A stretch of 64,000 nt of DNA from assembly GCA_002428525.1 (NCBI GenBank), contig DIWU01000030.1:42009-106008 (forward strand). Reading direction: 5' to 3'. This document shows, in pieces, positions 26,833-35,907 of the stretch. The DNA is from a bacterium UBP14_UBA6098 (GTDB lineage: Bacteria; UBP14; UBA6098). Every line of letters starts with the position of its first letter. Positions within the stretch are counted from its first letter, which is position 1. Below the pieces are notes generated by a model that saw only the letters and a list, made by a program, of their open reading frames with translations, ran no database searches and had not been told where the DNA came from. A program made the position numbers and the translations under genes.

Positions 26833-28813
26833 TTCCGAATTTGTCATACAGGACATCCCCGGGCGCGCTCGCGCCGAAGCGCTCCATGCCGATAAATAGG
26901 CCATCTGCGCCGATATATCGCTCCCAGCCCTGCCGCACACCGGCCTCCACCGCGACGCGGAGGCCTACAGCGGCGGGCAAAACCGCCTCGCGGTAATCGC
27001 GCGGTTGAGCCTCGAAAAGCTCCCACGAAGGCATCGAGACCACTCGCGCCCTGATGCTCCGTTCCGCAAGCATCTCCGCCGCCTCGACCGCTATCGAAAC
27101 CTCCGAGCCGGTCGCGATGAGGATCAGCTCCGGCGCGCCCTCGGGCTCGCGCAAAATATAGCCCCCGCGACTAACACCGTCGGCCGCCTTCGCCTTTGTT
27201 TCCGCAAAGATCGGTAGGTTCTGCCGGCTGAAAACAAGCACTGTCGGGGTTTTCGAGCGAATCGCTATCTTCCAAGCCGCGGCGGTTTCGAACGCATCGG
27301 CCGGCCGAATGACCGTGAGCCCGGGGATCGCCCGAAGGCTCGCGAGTTGCTCGACCGGCTGGTGCGTCGGGCCGTCCTCGCCGACCCCGATGCTGTCGTG
27401 GCTGAAGACGAAAACCACCGGCAGGAGCGACAGCGCGGCGAGGCGCATCGGCGGGCGCATATAGTCCGAGAAGACGAAAAAGGTGCCGGTGAATGGCCGC
27501 AAACCGCCATGCAGAGCGATTCCGACGGCGATCGAGCCCATCGCGTGTTCGCGGACGCCGAAATGAATATTTCGGCCGCTATAGCCCCATTCGCCGCCGA
27601 CCGCGCCCTCGAGGCCGCCTTTGTTCTCGGGGCTTTGAAAATCCCCCTCGCCCTTCAGCCAAGCGAAGGTCGAGGGGTTGAGGTCGGCGCATCCGCCGAT
27701 CAGCTCAGGCTGGGCCTTTGCGAGGGCATTCAGGACGATCTCGCCGGCCTTTCGCGTGGAGATCGGCTTCTGTCCGAAATCGATGCCATCGAGCGAATTT
27801 TCCCAACCCTCCGGCAAAGCCGCCGAGAAGCGGCGCTCGAATTCACTGACCTTTTCGGGAAATTTCTCCGCAAAGCGCGCGAATTCGGCCTGCCACTCGA
27901 TTCGCTGGCTTTCACAGCGATCAGCGCTCTTTGCGAAGTGCGCGGAGACATCCGCTGGGACGAGGAACCGCGGCTCTGTCGGCCATCCAAGCGCTGTCTT
28001 GGCCGCGGAAAGCTCCTCCTCACCCAAGGGCGCGCCGTGCGAGGCCGAGCTTCCGGCCTTATTCGGCGCGCCGAAGCCGATAATCGTCCGAACTGCGATC
28101 AGCGAGGGCCTTGCGGTTTCGGCCTTCGCGCTCGAAAGCGCTTCGTCGATAGCGTCGATATCGTTGCCGTCCGCGACTTGCAGAACCTGCCAGCCCGCCG
28201 CCTCGAAACGGCCGGCAATCTCCTCCGAGGTCGAGAGCGCGGTCGATCCGGCCAGCGAGATTCGGTTGTCGTCGAAGAGGACGATCAGCTTGCCGAGCCG
28301 CAGATGCCCGGCCAGCGCGACAGCCTCGTAGCTGACGCCCTCCATTAGGTCGCCGTCGCCGCAGAGCGCGTAGGTTCGGTGGTTCACGACCCCTTCGCCG
28401 AACTCCGCCGCGAGATGCGCCTCGGCAATCGCCATGCCGACAGCGTTCGCGAGGCCCTGCCCAAGCGGGCCGGTGGTCGCCTCGACGCCTTTAGTTGTAA
28501 GGCTTTCCGGATGGCCGGGGGTTTTCGAGCCCCATTGGCGGAAGCTTTTTATATCCTCCAAGCCGATTCCCGCGCCGCTCAAATGCAGGAGCGAGTAAAG
28601 CAACATCGAGCCGTGCCCCGCGGAGAGGACGAAGCGGTCGCGGTCGGGCCAGTCCGGTTGCGAGGGGTCGAAGCGGAGGTGGCGCGTCCAGAGGATGTAG
28701 GCCATCGGCGCGGCGCCCATCGGAAGCCCCGGGTGGCCGGAATTCGCCTTCTGGATTGCATCCGCCGAGAGAAAGCGTATCGTGTTTATGCATTTTTCTT
28801 CGAGCGATGTCAA
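26783..28813 (-). CDS. tkt: transketolase
   Basis: 676 aa. N-terminal [31 protein letters not shown] is the ThDP-binding His region. GDG..MEG and the C-terminal FGITAQNV segment match transketolase. Confidence 0.9.
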   Translation of the reverse strand: MTSLEEKCINTIRFLSADAIQKANSGHPGLPMGAAPMAYILWTRHLRFDPSQPDWPDRDRFVLSAGHGSMLLYSLLHLSGAGIGLEDIKSFRQWGSKTPGHPESLTTKGVEATTGPLGQGLANAVGMAIAEAHLAAEFGEGVVNHRTYALCGDGDLMEGVSYEAVALAGHLRLGKLIVLFDDNRISLAGSTALSTSEEIAGRFEAAGWQVLQVADGNDIDAIDEALSSAKAETARPSLIAVRTIIGFGAPNKAGSSASHGAPLGEEELSAAKTALGWPTEPRFLVPADVSAHFAKSADRCESQRIEWQAEFARFAEKFPEKVSEFERRFSAALPEGWENSLDGIDFGQKPISTRKAGEIVLNALAKAQPELIGGCADLNPSTFAWLKGEGDFQSPENKGGLEGAVGGEWGYSGRNIHFGVREHAMGSIAVGIALHGGLRPFTGTFFVFSDYMRPPMRLAALSLLPVVFVFSHDSIGVGEDGPTHQPVEQLASLRAIPGLTVIRPADAFETAAAWKIAIRSKTPTVLVFSRQNLPIFAETKAKAADGVSRGGYILREPEGAPELILIATGSEVSIAVEAAEMLAERSIRARVVSMPSWELFEAQPRDYREAVLPAAVGLRVAVEAGVRQGWERYIGADGLFIGMERFGASAPGDVLYDKFGITAQNVAQTAESLLRD

Positions 28814-28814
28814 T

Positions 28815-29735
28815 TTATTTTCCTCCGTAAATCCCGATTATCTTGTCGAGCATTCGGAGCGCGGCCTCCCGCGGGCGCTGGAAGGTGTTCCGACCGATAA
28901 TCGAGCCGAAACCGCCTCCGGCCGCTATTCCGCGGATAACCTCGAAAAGCGCCTCGTCGTCATCGGATTTGGCACCACCGGAGAAGATCACAATCCTTCG
29001 GCCGTCGAAGGCGCACTGGACGATATGGCGAATCCGCTCCTCGACCGTCGCGCGCGGGATCGCGAATTTCTCGTAAACCTTGCGCGCAGGCTCCTGAGCG
29101 ATTCGGTCCGAGGGCACCTTTACCTTAATTATATGCGCGCCGAGTTGTGCCGCTATTTGGGCGGCATAGCCGACGACATCGAGCGCGGTCTCGTCCGCGG
29201 AGGAAAGCCCGCCGCCGCGCGGATACGACCACACTACCACCAAAAGCCCGGCGCTCTTAGCTTCGAGCGTGATCTCCCGAAGCTGTTCATATAGGTCGGC
29301 GCGGAACTCGGTGCCGGGGTAGATCGTGTATCCGACGGCGTCACAGCCCAAACGGAGCGCGTCCTCGACCGAGGCGGTCTGCGCGCCCATGGGGTTTTCC
29401 TCCTCGAAAAGCGAATCGTGGTTGTTCAGCTTCAAAATCAGCGGAATTCGGCCGGCGAATTCGTCCGCGACGGCCTCGATGAAGCCGAGCGGTGCGGCGT
29501 AGGCCGAAAGCCCCGCCTCGACCGCCAGTTCGGCATGATAGAGCGGATTATATCCCGCGGGGTTCGCGGCAAAGCTCCGCGCGGGGCCGTGCTCGAAGCC
29601 CTGATCGACCGGCAGGATCACCAGCCGGCCTGTTCCGGCCAAACGGCCGTGGTTCAGTAGCCTCACAAGTTTCGAGCGGACTCCCGGATTCTCCGAATGA
29701 TACCAGCTGAGTATTTCCTCGATGCGATTTCTCAT
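28815..29735 (-). CDS. class I fructose-bisphosphate aldolase, DhnA/FbaB (archaeal-type) family
   Basis: 306 aa with [12 protein letters not shown] near the N-terminus, the Schiff-base Lys region AHIIKVKVP, and IGRNTFQRP near the C-terminus. Confidence 0.7.
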   Translation of the reverse strand: MRNRIEEILSWYHSENPGVRSKLVRLLNHGRLAGTGRLVILPVDQGFEHGPARSFAANPAGYNPLYHAELAVEAGLSAYAAPLGFIEAVADEFAGRIPLILKLNNHDSLFEEENPMGAQTASVEDALRLGCDAVGYTIYPGTEFRADLYEQLREITLEAKSAGLLVVVWSYPRGGGLSSADETALDVVGYAAQIAAQLGAHIIKVKVPSDRIAQEPARKVYEKFAIPRATVEERIRHIVQCAFDGRRIVIFSGGAKSDDDEALFEVIRGIAAGGGFGSIIGRNTFQRPREAALRMLDKIIGIYGGK

Positions 29736-29974
29736 CTTGCCCCCTTTATTTTTTTTCGAAAATAGAAATTAACTCGAATCTCCCATTTTTGCAACCCCTT
29801 TATTTTTTCTGTCCGAATCGGATGAACCCTCCGTTTTCTAATCTTGTTGGTGTTTCTTTTTCCTCGCATTCGAGGTTTTCCCCCTTATTTATTTGCGCTT
29901 AAGCGTCTTTCCGAGTTGCGCTGACAGTATATATTCATATATTTGTATATTTAAATTAAAAGTAGAAAATTAGC

Positions 29975-30002
29975 TTGACTTTCAAAAGAGTGGGCTTATA
30001 TT
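29975..30002 (+). promoter_or_regulatory. Sigma70-like promoter candidate (TTGACT-N16-TATATT) upstream of trxA
   Basis: TTGACT 29975-29980 and TATATT 29997-30002 in a ~290-bp AT-rich divergent intergenic region shared with the aldolase-tkt operon. Confidence 0.35.
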
Positions 30003-30026
30003 TCTAAATATAAAACAATATTCCAA

Positions 30027-30362
30027 ATGGAGGTTAAAATGGCAGAACATATTACAGACGCTGAATTTGACGCTAAAGTGACGAACTCCACAGGCCTCGC
30101 GCTGGTCGATTTTTGGGCCCCGTGGTGCGGGCCTTGCCGTATGGTCGGCCCGGAGATAGAAAAACTCTCCGAGGAGATGGCCGGAAAGATGCATGTTTAC
30201 AAACTCAATATCGACGAGAACCGCACAACCGCGCAGAAATTCCGCGTGATGAGCATCCCCACGATCATGTGGTTCAAGGACGGAAAGGTAGTGGAGTCGG
30301 TCTTGGGGGCGGTGCCGTTCGAGGCCCTCAAAGAGAAAACGAACAAACTGCTTGGAGTCTAA
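30027..30362 (+). CDS. trxA: thioredoxin
   Basis: WAPWCGPC active site. 111 aa in the ORF track; the second ATG at 30039 (MAEHIT), preceded by GGAGG, is the likelier start. Confidence 0.9.
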   Translation: MEVKMAEHITDAEFDAKVTNSTGLALVDFWAPWCGPCRMVGPEIEKLSEEMAGKMHVYKLNIDENRTTAQKFRVMSIPTIMWFKDGKVVESVLGAVPFEALKEKTNKLLGV

Positions 30363-31046
30363 ATGCGTAAGACCCTTTTTCTATCGTTGGTCGCGGCCGC
30401 TGTGATTCTAATCTCCGGTTGCGGTAAAACCCCGGAACAAAAAACCGAGCCCGTCGCCACACCCGAGCAAACGGTGCAACAACCGTCCGAGACCGTCACC
30501 GAAACACCAACCGATACTGCCCTCACCGAACCGACACAAACGCCCACAGCCGCGGTCGGGGAGGCCAAGATCGCGAAGAAAATAGCCTGCAACAATCCAG
30601 CGCCGGCCTTCACTTTGACCGACCTGAAGGGCAATAATATCTCGCTCGCGGATTACGCCGGCAAGGTCGTAATCCTCGATTTCTGGGCTGTTTGGTGCGG
30701 GCCGTGCCGTATGGAGATCCCCGGCTTCATCGAGCTTCAGAACAAATACAGCTCCGACGGCCTCGTCGTCATTGGCGTATCGCTCGACCGCGAACGCTCC
30801 AAGGTCCCCGGTTTCGTCGATAAACAGGGCATCAACTACCCGATAATCTACGCGGATCAGAGCATTATCACCGCCTACGGCAACCCCACCTCGATCCCCA
30901 CGACATTCATCATCGACAGGAACGGCTGTATCAAGCAGAAACTCGTCGGTTACCATCCGAAAGACCAGTTCGAGAAGATAGTCAAGCCGCTTCTCGATTC
31001 CAAACTCACGGATAGCGGCAACGGGTCGTCAGGAGATAAACTTTGA
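30363..31046 (+). CDS. TlpA-like thiol:disulfide oxidoreductase lipoprotein (redoxin family)
   Basis: Lipobox VILISGC. Pro/Thr-rich linker, then a thioredoxin fold with WAVWCGPC. Its start abuts the trxA stop. Confidence 0.8.
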   Translation: MRKTLFLSLVAAAVILISGCGKTPEQKTEPVATPEQTVQQPSETVTETPTDTALTEPTQTPTAAVGEAKIAKKIACNNPAPAFTLTDLKGNNISLADYAGKVVILDFWAVWCGPCRMEIPGFIELQNKYSSDGLVVIGVSLDRERSKVPGFVDKQGINYPIIYADQSIITAYGNPTSIPTTFIIDRNGCIKQKLVGYHPKDQFEKIVKPLLDSKLTDSGNGSSGDKL

Positions 31047-31498
31047 GCGATTTTGTTAAGGTCTTCGCGCGAAGGGCAGGCGAATCGGGCTTTATGGCTC
31101 GCGCCGGCGACGGCCCGTGGACGCTCCTCGACACCGGCCCCAACAAGGGCGCGATCGCGCCCTTCGAGATGCTGTTCGCGGCCCTCGCGGGATGTAGCGG
31201 CTACGACATCGTCCATGTCCTCAAGAAAAAGCGCATCGAATTCGACGATCTCTGGATGAATATCGAGGCCGAACGCCGCGACGAGCATCCGCGTATCGCG
31301 ACAAAGATTCATATGCATTTCACGGTCGTCGGCGATAATGTCCCGCCCGAGGCCGTCGAGAGGGCCATCGCGCTTTCGAGCGAAAAATATTGCTCTGTTT
31401 CCGCGATGCTGAAAAAGGCCGCGGAGATAGAGACCAGCTTCGAGATTATAGATATTGCCGCCGCCCGCGAGCGTAGCCGAAAAGGCACACCCGAGTAG
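31043..31498 (+). CDS. OsmC/Ohr-family peroxiredoxin-like protein
   Basis: 151 aa with two conserved Cys regions (LAGCSGYD and KYCSVSAML) typical of OsmC. Overlaps the upstream stop by 4 nt. Confidence 0.7.
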   Translation: MSDFVKVFARRAGESGFMARAGDGPWTLLDTGPNKGAIAPFEMLFAALAGCSGYDIVHVLKKKRIEFDDLWMNIEAERRDEHPRIATKIHMHFTVVGDNVPPEAVERAIALSSEKYCSVSAMLKKAAEIETSFEIIDIAAARERSRKGTPE

Positions 31499-31555
31499 GT
31501 TAGCGGCTATTGTTTGCCGATAATCAGCGTGCCGCTATGCTCGCTGTGTTAATTA

Positions 31556-32425
31556 TTGTTTTGGAAAGGGAGGAAAATGGATCCCAAAAAAGCAAGCATC
31601 CGCCTCGCTTTGTTCTCCATCATTGTAGTCATTCTCGTGATTCTCCTGATCGCATCGATCACCGTCGTTCCGGCGGGGCATGTCGCGGTCGTCGTGCTTT
31701 TCGGGAAGGTGCGCCCGCAGGCCCTTCAACCGGGGATTCATCTGATTAACCCGCTGGCAAACACTGTCAAGATGGACACCCGCCTTCGCGAATACACAAT
31801 GTCGATCGCCCGCGAAGAGGGAGTCCGCAAAAGCGACGACGCGATCGACGCGCTGACCTCGGAGGGCTTAACAGTCCGCCTCGACCTCACCGCGTGGTTC
31901 AAGCTCGATCCAACGAAAGCTTCGACAGTCTATAACGAAATCGGCTCCGATTACGACCAGAAGATTATCCGCCCGACGCTACGCACCGCGATCAGAGATA
32001 TCGTTGTAAAATTCACCGCCGAGAATATCTACTCGATCAAGCGCGACTCGGTCGTTCTGGCGATCGAGGCCCGCGCGAAGGATCTAACCGAGGACAAGGG
32101 CGTCACTATCGAGCGGATTCTCCTTCGCAATGTTATCCTGCCGCAGAAGATCAGCGACGCTATCGACGCGAAGCTCGCCGCCGAACAAGAAGCGAAGAAA
32201 ATGGAATTTGTCCTTCAAAAAGAGCATCTTGAGAAAGAACGCAAGATCATCGAGGCCGAGGGAATTCGCCAGGCAAACCAGATAATCGCGCAGGGATTGA
32301 CATCGAGCTATATTCAATGGTATCGAATCGAGATGCTAAAGCAACTCGTCAACTCGCCGAACAATACGATTATTATGATTCCCGAGGACCTGAAAAGTGC
32401 GCCGATGATCCTCAACACCAACTAG
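31556..32425 (+). CDS. SPFH/band-7 (prohibitin/HflC-like) membrane protein
   Basis: N-terminal TM helix, SPFH core, and a C-terminal coiled coil LAAEQEAKKMEFVLQKEHLEKERKIIEAEG. An alternative start MDPKK lies at 31577. Confidence 0.8.
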   Translation: MFWKGRKMDPKKASIRLALFSIIVVILVILLIASITVVPAGHVAVVVLFGKVRPQALQPGIHLINPLANTVKMDTRLREYTMSIAREEGVRKSDDAIDALTSEGLTVRLDLTAWFKLDPTKASTVYNEIGSDYDQKIIRPTLRTAIRDIVVKFTAENIYSIKRDSVVLAIEARAKDLTEDKGVTIERILLRNVILPQKISDAIDAKLAAEQEAKKMEFVLQKEHLEKERKIIEAEGIRQANQIIAQGLTSSYIQWYRIEMLKQLVNSPNNTIIMIPEDLKSAPMILNTN

Positions 32426-32441
32426 TTCGCAAGGGGAGATT

Positions 32442-33401
32442 ATGCAAGAAGAACTTAGGCCCTCGGCCGAAGTCGCAGTCAAACAATGCATGATGGTCGC
32501 GGAAAATGAGCGCGTCCTTGTGATCACCGACACCAAGCTCTTCGAGATCGGCGAGACGATTTTTCGCGTCGCCTCCGAGGTCGCGGATTCCACATTGGTC
32601 GTTATTCCGCCGCGGAAAAGCCACGGCGAGGAGCCGCCCACCGAACTCGCCGAAATGATGAAGACCTTCGATGTCCTTTTCATCCCGACATGGCGGAGCA
32701 TGAGCCACACCGAGGCGCGCCGGAACGCCTGCCGAGCGGGCGCCCGTTGCGCGACGCTACCGAACATCCGCCCGGACACCATGATACGCGCGATGAACGC
32801 GGACTATAGTAAAATCGCCGACCTGACCGAACGCCTCGCCGAGCGTATCACCAAGGCCTCGACCGCCCGTGTCACAACACCCGCCGGAACCGACCTCAGT
32901 TTCTCGCTCGTTGGCCGAACCGGCCTGCCCGACACAGGCCTCGTCCACAAAAGCGGCGGCTTCACAAACCTACCGGCCGGCGAGGCCTACACCGCGCCCG
33001 TCGAGGGCTCGGCCAACGGTGTTTTCGTTATCGACGGCGCTATCGCCGACACGGGAATTCTTCAGCCGAACGACTACATCACGGTGCGCGTCGAAAACGG
33101 CTATGCAGTCCAGATCTCCGGCGGGAAGTCGGCCGAATATCTGCGCTCGATCATGGAGCCGCATGGCAAAGAGGCATATAATATCGCCGAGTTGGGAATC
33201 GGCACGAACTATAAAGCCCAGCTCGTCGGGAGCGTGCTCGAGGACGAAAAGGTGCTCGGGACAGTGCATATCGCGATGGGCGACAACCGCTCGATGGGCG
33301 GCACGATCCGAGTCGCGTCCCACCTCGATGGGATTCTCTTAGAACCAAGCCTATTCTTCGATAGTGAACCGATTCTTATGAATGGAGCCATTAAGATTTA
33401 A
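32442..33401 (+). CDS. M29/AmpS-like aminopeptidase family protein (tentative)
   Basis: 319 aa with ELGIGTN and HIAMGDN motifs resembling metal-ligand segments of thermophilic aminopeptidase-like proteins. Assignment is tentative. Confidence 0.45.
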   Translation: MQEELRPSAEVAVKQCMMVAENERVLVITDTKLFEIGETIFRVASEVADSTLVVIPPRKSHGEEPPTELAEMMKTFDVLFIPTWRSMSHTEARRNACRAGARCATLPNIRPDTMIRAMNADYSKIADLTERLAERITKASTARVTTPAGTDLSFSLVGRTGLPDTGLVHKSGGFTNLPAGEAYTAPVEGSANGVFVIDGAIADTGILQPNDYITVRVENGYAVQISGGKSAEYLRSIMEPHGKEAYNIAELGIGTNYKAQLVGSVLEDEKVLGTVHIAMGDNRSMGGTIRVASHLDGILLEPSLFFDSEPILMNGAIKI

Positions 33402-33488
33402 ATAAAATGATTTGACAAAGGCATTTATTAATATTAGATTATTGGGAAATAACCTTTTAAAACAATTAATCCTGTAGGAGGAACCACA

Positions 33489-33782
33489 ATGAAAAAAGGT
33501 TTCGTTATCATGCTAATCGCTATCACCGCGGCTTTTATCGCCACGGGTTGCGCCCCGAAAGTCGATGCCGCCGCACAAGAGGCTATGGAACAGCTTCAAA
33601 CCGAGAATATGGAGCTCAAGGGTAAAGTCGCCGAGCTCGAGGCCAAGATCGCCGAACTCCAACCGGTTGTCGCCGACAGCACCGGTATAGTTAAAGAAGA
33701 AGTTAAGGAAGAAACCAAAAAGACCGAGCCCGCCAAGACCGAAAGCGCCGCTAGTAAGAAAAAGGTCGAGCGCATTAATTAA
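33489..33782 (+). CDS. small coiled-coil lipoprotein (97 aa)
   Basis: Lipobox FIATGC. MELKGKVAELEAKIAELQ heptads and a Lys/Glu-rich tail. Preceded by an AGGAGG RBS and a TTGACA-containing AT-rich region. Confidence 0.5.
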   Translation: MKKGFVIMLIAITAAFIATGCAPKVDAAAQEAMEQLQTENMELKGKVAELEAKIAELQPVVADSTGIVKEEVKEETKKTEPAKTESAASKKKVERIN

Positions 33783-33800
33783 TTTCACGGAAGGAACACT

Positions 33801-34574
33801 ATGAAGAAATTATTCTTACTGCTCCTCGCGATTCCATTCGCCCTCGTTATGATGGGCTCGAACTGCGATGAACCCGCCGAAGAAATCGACGCCCCCAATG
33901 CGGCGACTCTGGTCGGAGACGCCACAAACCACCTCGATCTCATTATCAGCTGGTCGCCCAGCTCGACGAGCGATATCGACGGCTACCGTGTGTATTTCAA
34001 TAGCGCCACCACACCGCTTTGGTCTGGAACAACGACATCGTTCACTCACACGAACCCGACACTCGGCTCGTATGACATCGTGGCCTACACGGGTGAAGAC
34101 GAATCCGATCCGTTGTCCTTCAACACCGCGGACTATGTCTTCAGTGCGACGGGCGCGCAGATATACCAGTTCCTCGTCTCCGGTCAGCCCTCCGGTTATG
34201 GTTGGGACCTCTCGAACGGAACCGGTTCCAGCAAGTCCTTCACCTCGGCTAATGCCGCTCAGATCGACCTCTGGTATGACAGCGACGAGACGATTAACAG
34301 CCCGCACGCCTACGGTTCGCCCTTTGAGAATGTGACAGGCATCTACACCTCGCCGACAGCCTATGAGAGCATCATCAATGCTCCGAGTGTCACGGGGGTT
34401 TCATACAATTCGACACAAACCATAGGTGACGGCTTCACCTATTGCCTTTACATCAAAAAGGGTCTCTCCTACGGCTACTACGGCAAGATGGAGATCACCG
34501 ATTATAACCTCGCGAACGACATCACCTTCCGCTGGAAGATCAACACGATCGCGAAGTGGAGAGTTCTCGGTTAA
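33801..34574 (+). CDS. lipoprotein with fibronectin-III-like domain (257 aa)
   Basis: Signal peptide plus Cys (MMGSNC). An IISWSPSSTSDIDGYRVYF segment typical of FN3/Ig-like domains. Confidence 0.5.
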   Translation: MKKLFLLLLAIPFALVMMGSNCDEPAEEIDAPNAATLVGDATNHLDLIISWSPSSTSDIDGYRVYFNSATTPLWSGTTTSFTHTNPTLGSYDIVAYTGEDESDPLSFNTADYVFSATGAQIYQFLVSGQPSGYGWDLSNGTGSSKSFTSANAAQIDLWYDSDETINSPHAYGSPFENVTGIYTSPTAYESIINAPSVTGVSYNSTQTIGDGFTYCLYIKKGLSYGYYGKMEITDYNLANDITFRWKINTIAKWRVLG

Positions 34575-34599
34575 GTTTCTAACTGCACCGAAAATCGAA

Positions 34600-34629
34600 G
34601 AAACCGGGCTACGCTCGGTTTCTTTTTTT
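34600..34629 (+). terminator. rho-independent terminator after the first FN3 lipoprotein gene
   Basis: 7-bp stem GAAACCG / CGGTTTC (34600-34606 and 34616-34622) with a 9-nt loop, followed by T7 (34623-34629). Confidence 0.5.
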
Positions 34630-34682
34630 GTTTGATTAATAGCTTAGATTACGTATATTGAATAAAACTCAAAGGAGGAACT

Positions 34683-35534
34683 ATGAAAAAAACCGCTCTG
34701 CTAATCGCATTTGTAGCGATCGCCTCAATTATGGTCTTCGCCTGTAGTAAATCGACGGAGCCGGACCCTGAGCCAGAGGTCTTCGATCCGCCGACCGGGC
34801 TTTCCTACATCACCTATCAAGATTCGGTCAAGTTGACATGGAACGCCTCTCCCGACGAGGCTGATTCCGGGTTCGCCGGTTACAAGGTCTATCATCGCAT
34901 CAATGCCGATTTTTCCACCGTCAATATCGACAGCATGGAGCCTTACTTCACCGGCACAATCGTGACTGGCACCCAGACGACATTGACCGGCCTCAGTAGC
35001 ACAAGCAAGCATTACTTCACCACTCGTGCTATTAAAATAAACGGCTCTGTGACAACTCTTTCCAACAAATCAAACACCGTCGATACCTCGCCGACAATAT
35101 GGTTCTCTGACACACTCTGGGAATCGACCGGCGGCGACAGCATTTATTGCGCGGTCGATTTCGATGAACAGGTTGTTTATCCTATGGATCTCGCTTATCT
35201 GACCTTCATCGACCTTTATCTTGGTATCGATGATTCGAATTATCTCACACTGAAATCCCCCTCTCTCTTCGGGGCGGAATGGTCAAGCCGCGTAGCCAAT
35301 ATCAAGCGCCTCGGAATCGCCACCGACGGACTCGCTTCCTTCGGTAGCACGAGCGGCGGTATCGGCACAGCTCCTTCGCAAACCCTCACTCAGCCGGGGA
35401 CATCCTTCGCGATCAAGATCGGCAGTCATTACACGAAGTTCTATTTCGTGAACTTCGTCGGCGGGGCATACCCAAACCGCGGGATTTACTTTCAAGCGGC
35501 CTACCAAGAAGTGGACGACTACGACCGCTTCTAA
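34683..35534 (+). CDS. lipoprotein with fibronectin-III-like domain, paralog of the upstream gene (283 aa)
   Basis: Lipobox MVFAC. LTWNASPDEADSGFAGYKVYH FN3-like segment parallel to the upstream protein's SWSPSS...GYRVYF. Confidence 0.5.
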   Translation: MKKTALLIAFVAIASIMVFACSKSTEPDPEPEVFDPPTGLSYITYQDSVKLTWNASPDEADSGFAGYKVYHRINADFSTVNIDSMEPYFTGTIVTGTQTTLTGLSSTSKHYFTTRAIKINGSVTTLSNKSNTVDTSPTIWFSDTLWESTGGDSIYCAVDFDEQVVYPMDLAYLTFIDLYLGIDDSNYLTLKSPSLFGAEWSSRVANIKRLGIATDGLASFGSTSGGIGTAPSQTLTQPGTSFAIKIGSHYTKFYFVNFVGGAYPNRGIYFQAAYQEVDDYDRF

Positions 35535-35563
35535 GTCCTTTATTTAAATAGCTTTACCATCGA

Positions 35564-35594
35564 GGGCGGCATAGTAATGCCGCCCCCTTTTTTT
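35564..35594 (+). terminator. rho-independent terminator after the second FN3 lipoprotein gene
   Basis: 8-bp stem GGGCGGCA / TGCCGCCC with a 6-nt loop, followed by T7 (35588-35594). Confidence 0.65.
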
Positions 35595-35614
35595 ATCTTA
35601 ACGACAAAGCTCTG

Positions 35615-35779
35615 CGCGCGGGGGGGCGTCGGCCTCCTTCGGAGGCACGACGGGCCGGAAGACGATCTCGCATTGTGGAACATCCTCGTTCCGGCCCGTC
35701 GTCTGCTTCGCGCCCCGAATTGATCTCGTTAACTCAGCTATTTTTATACGGGGCGCGAAGCGCGACGCCCCCCCGCGGG
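35615..35779. repeat. copy C of the GGGGGCGTCGG-TIR hairpin-rich element
   Basis: Left cgcgcgGGGGGGCGTCGG (35615-35632) and right CGACGCCCCCCCgcggg (35763-35779) terminal inverted repeats. Internal palindromes gcctccttcggaggc, gacgggccggaa...ttccggcccgtc, and cttcgcgccccg...cggggcgcgaag. Confidence 0.5.
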
Positions 35780-35856
35780 GGTTTTTCCTTTCAAATAACA
35801 TCATTCTTTGATCGAGCAGTTTTGTAAGAGGATTTTTAACTGAGTATCTTAGGCAT

Positions 35857-35886
35857 AAAAAAAGCCCGCCGATATGGCGGGCTTTT
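35857..35886 (-). terminator. rho-independent terminator (bidirectional-looking) for the giant T9SS cargo gene
   Basis: Perfect 7-bp stem GCCCGCC / GGCGGGC (35864-35870 and 35876-35882) with a 5-nt loop, flanked by A7 upstream and T4 downstream. On the minus strand this gives stem then U7, ~22 nt after the stop at 35908. Confidence 0.6.
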
Positions 35887-35907
35887 GGTAAACACTGGCG
35901 CTTGTCC

